Part shown: positions 24,214 through 31,049 of the stretch, in pieces | How the letters are laid out: each line of letters opens with the position of its first letter | Position numbering within the stretch: the stretch's first letter is position 1 | Source: Kiritimatiella glycovorans | Lineage (GTDB): Bacteria; Verrucomicrobiota; Kiritimatiellia; Kiritimatiellales; Kiritimatiellaceae | Direction of reading: 5' to 3' | Assembly: GCF_001017655.1 (NCBI RefSeq) | Contig: NZ_CP010904.1 | Location: 1,440,001 to 1,472,000, forward strand | Length of the DNA: 32,000 nt | Notes under the pieces: model-generated | The model's database searches: none | What the model was told of the DNA's origin: nothing | The model's input: only the letters and a program-made list of their open reading frames with translations | Translations under genes and position numbers: made by a program

Positions 24214-25328
24214 ACTCTGCGCAGGGCGGGGTGAATGCCGGTCAGGATCTCGTAGGGAATCGTGCGGCAGAGCCGCGCCAGCTCGTCCGCCCACACCGCT
24301 GCGCCCCCCTGCTCCCCGATCAAAACCGCTTCGTCGCCGACGTCCACATCGCGTTCGGGTCCTGCGTCGACCAGAATCCAGTTCATGCTTATGCGGCCGA
24401 CAATACGCCGCCGGCGGCCGCGGATCAGCACATCGCCGCGGTTACTCAGCGCGCGGTGGTAGCCGTCGGCATACCCCGCCGAGAGCGTGGCGAGCCACGT
24501 GTCCCGGGGCAGCGTCCAGGTCCCGTAATAGCCCACCTTTGATCCCGCCGGGAGGCGCTTGACCTGCAGGACCCGGCATTTCCACTGCAGGATCGGCTCC
24601 GTCTGAAACCGACCCTCCGTGTCGCGCGCCCCGTACCCGTAGAGCGCGATCCCCGGCCGGACGGCGTCGTAATCCCACTGACGACAGTATTTCGCGGCGC
24701 GGCTGCTCGACAGGTGACGGAAGACGCGCGTACCCGTCATCCGTTCGACCCGCTCCACCGCTTCCCGGTACCGCCCCGCCTGGCGCTCGGCTTCGGAGAG
24801 ATCCCGGGGTTCCACCGCGGCAAAATGACTGCAGATCCCCGTCAGCCTGAGTGCGTCCGATTCCGCCAGTTCCTCGAGCAGCGGATCGAGTTCCGACCAC
24901 AGGACGCCGAGTCGGCTCATGCCGGTATCGACCTTCAGGTGCGCGTTCAGCTGCACGCCTTTCGCCGCCGCGACGGAGGCCAGCAGGCGGGCGTGTTCGC
25001 GGTTGGCGATGATCGGCGTGATCCGTTCGCGGGCGAGCGGCTCCACCTCGTCCTCCATCGCCACACCCAGCACCAGGATCTCCGCCTCCGGGAGCGCCCG
25101 GCGCAGCGGGAAGGCCTCCTCCGGATACGCGACCGCAAACCAGCGTACCCCCGCTTCGGCCGCGGCCCGCGCACAGGGGATCATGCCGTGCCCGTAGGCA
25201 TCGGCTTTTACGACAAACATCGGACCGGTTTCGGGGCCCAGCGAATCCTTCACGGCGCGCACGTTACGCCGTACGCGCTCAAGATCGATCTCCACCCAGG
25301 CATGCTTCATTTCGCCCGTCGTCATCAT
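24204..25328 (-). CDS. alr: Alanine racemase
   Basis: It has the PLP-lysine motif VVKADAYGHG, an overall length of 374 aa and the C-terminal YEILTG region typical of Alr. Confidence 0.92.
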   Translation of the reverse strand: MMTTGEMKHAWVEIDLERVRRNVRAVKDSLGPETGPMFVVKADAYGHGMIPCARAAAEAGVRWFAVAYPEEAFPLRRALPEAEILVLGVAMEDEVEPLARERITPIIANREHARLLASVAAAKGVQLNAHLKVDTGMSRLGVLWSELDPLLEELAESDALRLTGICSHFAAVEPRDLSEAERQAGRYREAVERVERMTGTRVFRHLSSSRAAKYCRQWDYDAVRPGIALYGYGARDTEGRFQTEPILQWKCRVLQVKRLPAGSKVGYYGTWTLPRDTWLATLSAGYADGYHRALSNRGDVLIRGRRRRIVGRISMNWILVDAGPERDVDVGDEAVLIGEQGGAAVWADELARLCRTIPYEILTGIHPALRRVYR

Positions 25329-25409
25329 TCCGGCACTCTAACGAACGCGGGCGGCGATGACGATTTGGAACTGCCGGAATCTCACTGCTGCGAGCTGTGC
25401 TGCGAGCAA

Positions 25410-25553
25410 CCAGCGATTCTCATTATGGCTTCACCCTTTTCGGTCGGGGTGGCACCCGACCCTCCCAGTGCCCGAAAATGCGTCGGATATCGACTCGGGA
25501 GGGACGGCTGCCACGCCGTCCGCGGTCGGAATGCGGCCATAATGAGAACTGCT
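25410..25553. mobile_element. MITE-like non-autonomous element of 144 bp, with 19-bp terminal inverted repeats and a 9-bp flanking direct repeat
   Basis: The left terminal inverted repeat (TIR) is CAGCGATTCTCATTATGGC (25410-25428). The right TIR is GCCATAATGAGAACTGCTG (25535-25553). They are complementary at 17 of 19 positions. A perfect GCGAGCAAC lies immediately outside both ends (25401-25409 and 25554-25562). There is no ORF inside, and the interior is highly self-complementary. Confidence 0.45.
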
Positions 25554-25633
25554 GGCGAGCAACCGTAAATATTGACCCCCGCGGCGAAAACGGGGAAACT
25601 CCGGGGTGTGTGTGGAGCAACCGGAGGGGCTTT

Positions 25634-27004
25634 GTGAACCGCAATATACTGTGCATCGGCGCCGGCTACGTGGGCGGTCCGACCATGGCGATGATCGCGA
25701 AGAAATGCCCGGACATCCGGGTGACGGTCGTGGACATCAACGAATCACGCATCGCGGCCTGGCAATCGGACCAGCTGCCGATTTACGAACCCGGTCTCGA
25801 CGAGGTAGTTCGGGAGGCCCGGGGCCACAACCTCTTCTTTTCGACGGAGATCGAAAAAGGCATCGAAGAAAACGACATTATCTTCGTCAGCGTCAACACC
25901 CCCACCAAAACGTTCGGTCGCGGAGCGGGACGGGCCGCCGACCTGCAGTACTGGGAAAAGACGGCCCGCCAGATCCTGAAACATGCGCGCAGCGACAAGA
26001 TCGTCGTGGAAAAGAGCACGCTGCCGGTCCGCACCGCGGCGGCCATGGAGCGGATCCTATTGAGCGGGCAGACCGGGGTGCGGTTCGACGTGCTCTCCAA
26101 CCCCGAGTTCCTGGCCGAAGGAACGGCCATCGCCGATCTGGAATCGCCCGACCGGGTCCTGATCGGCGGGCGCGAAACGCCCGAAGGCCGCGCCGCGGTG
26201 GACGTGCTTGCGGACATTTACGCGCACTGGGTGCCGCGCGAAAAGATTCTGACGACCAATGTCTGGTCGAGTGAACTTTCGAAACTGACCGCCAACGCCT
26301 TTCTCGCCCAGCGCGTAAGCTCGATCAACAGCATTTCCGCTCTCTGCGAAGCCACGGAGGCCGACGTCGGCGAGGTGGCCCGCGCCATCGGAGCAGACTC
26401 CAGGATTGGAGCGCGCTTCCTCAACGCGGGCGTGGGCTTCGGCGGCTCGTGCTTCAAAAAGGATATCCTGAATCTCGTCTATCTCTGCGAGTCCTACGGC
26501 TTGCATGAGTGCGCTGCGTACTGGCGCCAGGTGGTCGAGATGAACGAGTTTCAGCAGGAACGCTTTGTAGAGCGGATGCTGCGCAGCATGTTCAACACGA
26601 TCGCCGGGAAGCGCATTGCCCTGTTCGGGTTCGCCTTCAAGGCCAATACGGGCGATACGCGCGAGACGCCGGCCCTGTCGATCGCCCGCGACCTGATCGA
26701 GGAGCAGGCGGAGGTGGTGATCACCGACCCGAAGGCGCTCGACAACGCAAGGCGCGACCTCGCCGGCTGCGATCAGCGCATCACCTATGAAGCCGATCCG
26801 ATGCGCGCCGCGGAGGGGGCGCACGCGATCGCGCTGATCACCGACTGGCCGGAGTACGCCGCGCTCGATTTCGAGCAGGTGTACGGCCGCATGGAAAAGC
26901 CGGCCTTTGTCTTCGACGGACGGAACTATCTCGACCACACCGCGTTGTTCCACATTGGATTCAACGTCTATTCCGTCGGAAAAGCCCCGCTCACGCACCT
27001 GTGA
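25634..27004 (+). CDS. ugd: UDP-glucose 6-dehydrogenase
   Basis: The start is taken at GTG 25634, preceded by GGAGGGG. The N-terminal Rossmann motif is [15 protein letters not shown]. The catalytic region is [14 protein letters not shown]. The C-terminal part [17 protein letters not shown] is typical of the UGDH/GMD family. The track ORF from 25397 includes the MITE-like leader and is too long for the family. Confidence 0.9.
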
Positions 27005-27023
27005 CCCGAAACGGGAGGAATCC

Positions 27024-27710
27024 ATGGATATTGATTCGATCGACCTGAAAAGAGAACAGCAGGCCTCGCTCGAACGCCCCCGCTACCCTTATTCCGCGGC
27101 CGCCCGGTTCTTTTTCGCGGTGATGGACCTGGTCGCGGGAAAGAAGACCACGCTGCCGAAGACCAAGCTCATCGAGATCCTCGCCCGGATTCCCTATCAG
27201 GCCTGGGAACTCCGGCAATACTGGCGCATGGCGTGGATTTACGGCGACTCCCGCAAAATCGCTGATTCCGAAGAGGTCATGCACTGGAGCCGGGAGGCGG
27301 AAGACAACGAACTCTGGCACCTGAAAACCATCGACTACAAGATGCGCAGGGACCACATCCGCGATCCGTGGTACCTGAGCGCGCCGGTGCGTTTTTTCAT
27401 CATCCTCTTCTACATCGCTTTCACGCGCACGGTGGCGACCTTCCATATCCGCCGCGCCTTTCTGTTTAACGCGGAGTTCGAGGACCACGCCGAACACACC
27501 TACGCCCGGTTCGTACAGGAGCACCCCGAATGGGAGGATCAGGCGGTTGAGGATCCCTCCATCATCACCGGACGCGGACGGATCGGGAACTGGGCCGACG
27601 TCTTCCGAAGAATCGGCCTGGACGAACGGGAACACATGAACGAGAGCTTCATCCACTGCGGGATGGAAGATCAGGTTGTCCCCTACGCCAGCGAGGAGGG
27701 GAACGCATGA
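27024..27710 (+). CDS. Alternative-oxidase-like di-iron carboxylate protein (AOX/PTOX family-like)
   Basis: Four Glu/His motif blocks are spaced as in AOX.

- LIEILARIPYQAW (compare LETVA.VPG)
- EAEDNELWHL (compare ENERMHL)
- AEFEDHAEHTY (compare LEEEA...Y)
- LDEREHMNES (compare RADEA.H)

The ATG at 27024 is preceded by GGGAGGAA. The assignment is from memory of the family motifs. Confidence 0.6.
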   Translation: MDIDSIDLKREQQASLERPRYPYSAAARFFFAVMDLVAGKKTTLPKTKLIEILARIPYQAWELRQYWRMAWIYGDSRKIADSEEVMHWSREAEDNELWHLKTIDYKMRRDHIRDPWYLSAPVRFFIILFYIAFTRTVATFHIRRAFLFNAEFEDHAEHTYARFVQEHPEWEDQAVEDPSIITGRGRIGNWADVFRRIGLDEREHMNESFIHCGMEDQVVPYASEEGNA

Positions 27711-28186
27711 AAACAATGATTGCCGTGGCGCTCATAACCGGGCTGTCGGTGACGGCTTTCGCCTCCGGCGAGGACAAAGAAGGGGAAACGTACCGGAAGA
27801 TCGAGTTGAAGGACCTGAAGCTCGATCCGGAAGCACACGAGAAAGAGGACGTCACCTACAGGGGCGTCTTTCTGGACATCAGCAGCAGGTTTCCGGCGTT
27901 CATGGAGGACTCTGGGTTCGACGGTGACGATCACTATCGCGTCTCCGTGGGGGACGAGGAGCTTCCTCTGATCGTAGAACAGGACAGCGATCTGGGCCGT
28001 AAGTTCCGCGCCATGAAACGCCACACCCCGCTGAACGTGTACGGCACTGTCCGCGAGTTCGACGTGCATCCCCGACTCAGGAAAGATCCCGCCTACTACC
28101 TCGAACCGAAAAGAATCGAGGTGCTCGGTGAACCGGTCAAAGGGAAACGCCATGGTCCGCATCCGCGACCCCGGAGGCGCTGGTAA
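27707..28186 (+). CDS. Hypothetical secreted protein
   Basis: There is an ATGA overlap with the upstream gene. The signal peptide is MKTMIAVALITGLSVTAFASG. The body is charged and the tail is basic (GKRHGPHPRPRRRW). I recognise no family. Confidence 0.55.
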   Translation: MKTMIAVALITGLSVTAFASGEDKEGETYRKIELKDLKLDPEAHEKEDVTYRGVFLDISSRFPAFMEDSGFDGDDHYRVSVGDEELPLIVEQDSDLGRKFRAMKRHTPLNVYGTVREFDVHPRLRKDPAYYLEPKRIEVLGEPVKGKRHGPHPRPRRRW

Positions 28187-28243
28187 GACGAGTTTTCTAT
28201 GGGACAGCGCCTGAGTTCCACATGGGGACACCCGGGGGAATAT

Positions 28244-28434
28244 CGTACTCGTACTCCTTGAATCGGGGGATGGAATCGCGCCCTGCCCGGGAGGCGCAAG
28301 CCGAACCCGTGCGTGAGGGTTGGGATTCTGCTGGACAGCAGAAGGCCGCCCGCCGTTTTCGTACTCGTACTCGTACTCGGAGCGCCGAAGGCGCGATCCC
28401 ACTCCCCCGATAAAAGGAGCTCGAGTACGAGTAC
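28244..28434. repeat. Long imperfect inverted repeat with GTACTC/GAGTAC hexamer runs
   Basis: The left arm is CGTACTCGTACTCCTTGAATCGGGGGATGGAATCGCGCC (28244-28282). The right arm is GGCGCGATCCCACTCCCCCGATAAAAGGAGCTCGAGTACGAGTAC (28390-28434), which is its imperfect reverse complement.

- (GTACTC)x3 lies at 28361-28378.
- (GAGTAC)x2 lies at 28423-28434 and again at 28444-28455.
- The inner hairpins are CTGCTGGACAGCAG and GCGCC GAA GGCGC (28382-28394). Confidence 0.6.
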
Positions 28435-28625
28435 CGCTTCGCTGAGTACGAGTACGCGTACGTTGTGACGCGAGCGGATTTCTAATCCACCGCTGCGATC
28501 GGGCCATCCGCAAACCCGGCGCGCTTAGCCTGTCCGCCGAAGGCATAAAGGGCCGAAGGCGGAGAGAGCACGCCCTACCCAGAAACACAGGTCGAACCCA
28601 TTTCCTTCACGAATAATCGCAGAAC

Positions 28626-28656
28626 AAAAAAACGCCCCCGCTGGGGGGCGTTTTTT
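28626..28656. terminator. Bidirectional rho-independent terminator
   Basis: The sequence is AAAAAAACGCCCCC GCTG GGGGGCGTTTTTT. It is a GC stem of 7 bp with a 4-nt loop, an A-run on one side and a T-run on the other. It lies between the plus-strand ugd / AOX-like operon and the minus-strand gene ending at 28681. Confidence 0.8.
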
Positions 28657-28680
28657 CATGAGTAGGACTTCAGAAGTTTG

Positions 28681-29046
28681 CTACTCCATATCTCCGGGAC
28701 CGACTTCCCATTCGTATTCCTCGGAGGTGTCGGGATCCATCACGAATTCGGGATGAATAACCGGTTCCGAGGGTACATAGAACGAGAGGATTTCGGCGGC
28801 TCCGACCCCGATCCGGGCCACGCCATGTCCGACGCCGCGCACCGTTCCATAGGTGAGTCCCGCCAGGAGGCCGGAATCTTCCGTAACATCCTGCATATTG
28901 GAAAGCAATTCAATCGGAGAGGACGCCACATTAGCCACCCCGCGACCCAGCTTGCGCATGATTTTTTCCATATAGCCGGCATTCGCGTCCGCGACTCCCA
29001 CGGCTACGAAGACCACCAGCGCCACCATCCACTTCCTGCTTCTCAT
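28681..29046 (-). CDS. Small secreted protein resembling the exosortase-system-associated TIGR04073 family
   Basis: It has a signal peptide (MRSRKWMVALVVFVAVGVADA), then KLGRGVANVASSPIELL ... GLTYGTVRGVGHGVARIGVGAAEILSF ... PEFV. This matches my recollection of the roughly 120-aa KLGRG..N family. ATG 29046 is preceded by AGGAG plus 8 nt. Confidence 0.55.
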   Translation of the reverse strand: MRSRKWMVALVVFVAVGVADANAGYMEKIMRKLGRGVANVASSPIELLSNMQDVTEDSGLLAGLTYGTVRGVGHGVARIGVGAAEILSFYVPSEPVIHPEFVMDPDTSEEYEWEVGPGDME

Positions 29047-29161
29047 ATCATACGCTCCTGTTCGGTTCCCTTTCACGGCCCGTTCGCCGCGTGTTCAAAC
29101 GACGGCAATGTATCACCCACGAATCCTCGCGCACAAGCGGAAAAGTACGCCACGCGCCGAT

Positions 29162-30580
29162 TCAAACACCTTTTCCCGCCCCTTTACGGTCCCCGCTCTG
29201 CGGTGCGAGTTCGGGCCAGGGAGCCTTGAGCAGATCGGAGACGGCGTCGTTGAACGCGGTGGTGTGATTTCGAACGAACCGTTCCGCCGCGCGCACCCTT
29301 TTGCGGTACACCTTCCAGTCGAGCCCCGCCGGCGCCCCGGCGTGGTCCTTGATCTTCACCGCCTCTTCCGGGTCACGCCCGTCCAGTTCCCGTAGTTCGC
29401 GTCTCACCCGACGGTAGGCTTCACGGAACGGCACGCCCTCGCCCACCAGTTCCAGGGCGCGATCGGTGGCGAAAATGCCGGGCGTAAACCCTCGCAGCAG
29501 CGCATCGCGGTCTTCGCGCATCCCTGCGATCAGGGGCTGCAGGATCCTGACGCAGGCGCGGGTATCGGCGAGCCCTTTGATCAGAGCCCCTTTGGATTCC
29601 TGCACGTCGCGATTGTATCCCGACGGCAGGCCGCGCATGATCTCCGCCGCGGAACCCGCTGCAGAGAGGACGCCGGCCGTGCGCGCGCGGACCAGTTCGA
29701 GCACATCGGGATTCCGTTTCTGGGGCATGATACTGCTCCCGGTGCAGAAGTCATCCGGGAGCTGCACATAGCCGAGTTCCGGCATCGTAAAGAGCATCAA
29801 GTCCTGGCTCAGCCGCGAGACTGTGAGCATCACCTGTGAGAGAGCGGCCAGCACGAGGCTTTCCAGCTTGCCGCGCGTATGGTTCGCATGCAGCACGTTG
29901 TGCACGGGCGAGGAAAAACCCAGCAGCCGCGAGGTCAGCTCGCGGTCGAGCGGGAGCGGAACCCCGTAACTCGCCGCAGCCCCCAGCGGGCAGCGGTCGT
30001 TGGTTCCGTAGACATGCATGAGCAGATCCAGGTCATCGAGCAGCCCTTCCGCGAACGCGGAGGCCCAGAGTCCCAGCGAGCTGGGCATCGCGGGCTGCAT
30101 GTGAGTGCGCCCGGGCATGGGCACATCCCTGCGCTCCCGTCCCCAGTCGAGCAGCGTTCCGGCCAGACGGGCCGTCTCCGACAGCAGCTCCAGCAGTTCG
30201 CGCTTCGTGTACAGACGGAGATCCACCGCCGACTGATCGTTGCGGCTCCGCCCCGTATGGACCCGGCGTCCCGTATCGCCCAGCTCCCGGGTCAGCCGCC
30301 TTTCCACGGCGAGGTGGACATCCTGATCCTGCTCGGAGATTCGGAATTTGCCCGCACGGTCGGCGCGGATGATATCTTTCAGCGCCTCGATCACGGCGTC
30401 GCATTCCCCGGTACCGATCACGGGCGGATCCACATCCATACGCGAAAGCATTACCACGTGGGCGGCCGTGCCGATGCAGTCCGCCTCCACCAGCTCGCGG
30501 TCCCAGGTGCGATCCTCCCCCGCCGTAAAACGGAGCACTTCGGGATCGATATCGCCAACCGTTGTCTTTGTCGTAGCCAT
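29162..30580 (-). CDS. argH: Argininosuccinate lyase
   Basis: It has the fumarate-lyase signature GSSIMPQKRNPD and N-terminal motifs of the ArgH type (HTGRSRNDQ). Confidence 0.93.
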   Translation of the reverse strand: MATTKTTVGDIDPEVLRFTAGEDRTWDRELVEADCIGTAAHVVMLSRMDVDPPVIGTGECDAVIEALKDIIRADRAGKFRISEQDQDVHLAVERRLTRELGDTGRRVHTGRSRNDQSAVDLRLYTKRELLELLSETARLAGTLLDWGRERRDVPMPGRTHMQPAMPSSLGLWASAFAEGLLDDLDLLMHVYGTNDRCPLGAAASYGVPLPLDRELTSRLLGFSSPVHNVLHANHTRGKLESLVLAALSQVMLTVSRLSQDLMLFTMPELGYVQLPDDFCTGSSIMPQKRNPDVLELVRARTAGVLSAAGSAAEIMRGLPSGYNRDVQESKGALIKGLADTRACVRILQPLIAGMREDRDALLRGFTPGIFATDRALELVGEGVPFREAYRRVRRELRELDGRDPEEAVKIKDHAGAPAGLDWKVYRKRVRAAERFVRNHTTAFNDAVSDLLKAPWPELAPQSGDRKGAGKGV

Positions 30581-30590
30581 GGCCTGCTCC

Positions 30591-31040
30591 TCATGCGCGT
30601 CCGCAACTCTCCAGCATCAGCGTCACCGGACCGTCGTTCACCAGTTCCACCCGCATAAGGGCACCGAACCGACCCGTACTCACCGGAATTCCCGCGGATT
30701 CCAGTTCACGGACATAGAGTTCGTACAGCGCCCGGCCCCGTTCGGGATCCGCGGCCCCCACAAAACTCGGACGGTTCCCCTTGCGGCAGTCGCCGTAGAG
30801 CGTGAACTGACTGACGACCAGGCACGAACCCTTGACGGCGTCCAGCGACTCGTTCATGCGGCCGTCCGCATCCTCGAACATCCGCAGTTTCGCCGTTTTG
30901 AGCGCCAGGTGCCGGGCATCCGCCTCCGTATCGCCCTCGCCGACACCCGCGAGCACCAGCGCGCCCCGCCCGATCTCCGCCACGCGGACCCCGTCCACCT
31001 CGACCCCGGCGCTGAGGACCCGCTGGATCACCAGCTTCAT
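30591..31040 (-). CDS. dtd: D-aminoacyl-tRNA deacylase
   Basis: 149 aa, with MKLVIQRV at the N-terminus and SQFTLYGDCRKGNRPSF, both characteristic of Dtd. Confidence 0.92.
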   Translation of the reverse strand: MKLVIQRVLSAGVEVDGVRVAEIGRGALVLAGVGEGDTEADARHLALKTAKLRMFEDADGRMNESLDAVKGSCLVVSQFTLYGDCRKGNRPSFVGAADPERGRALYELYVRELESAGIPVSTGRFGALMRVELVNDGPVTLMLESCGRA

Positions 31041-31049
31041 GCCTGCGCC

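Noticed and set aside
25448-25453. TGGCAC as a sigma-54 -24 element upstream of ugd
   Set aside because: There is no TTGC -12 element at the required spacing (the following bases are CCGACCCTCC). The hexamer is the loop of a hairpin inside the MITE-like element.
27683-28588. A 301-aa minus-strand ORF covering the 28.2-28.6 kb intergenic region (with an EYEYEYE run)
   Set aside because: It is antisense to the secreted-protein CDS over half its length and low-complexity over the repeat part. It has no credible start context.
28187-28625. A known housekeeping ncRNA (SRP RNA, RNase P RNA, tmRNA or 6S) in the long untranslated stretch. I also scanned the whole window for tRNA-like T-arm motifs.
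   Set aside because: By eye I could find none of the conserved cores I remember: the SRP GGAA/AGCA symmetric loop context, the RNase P GGAAAGUCCGG motif, the tmRNA tag ORF plus tRNA-like end, or GGTTCGAATCC-type T-loops. An Infernal scan is needed for certainty.
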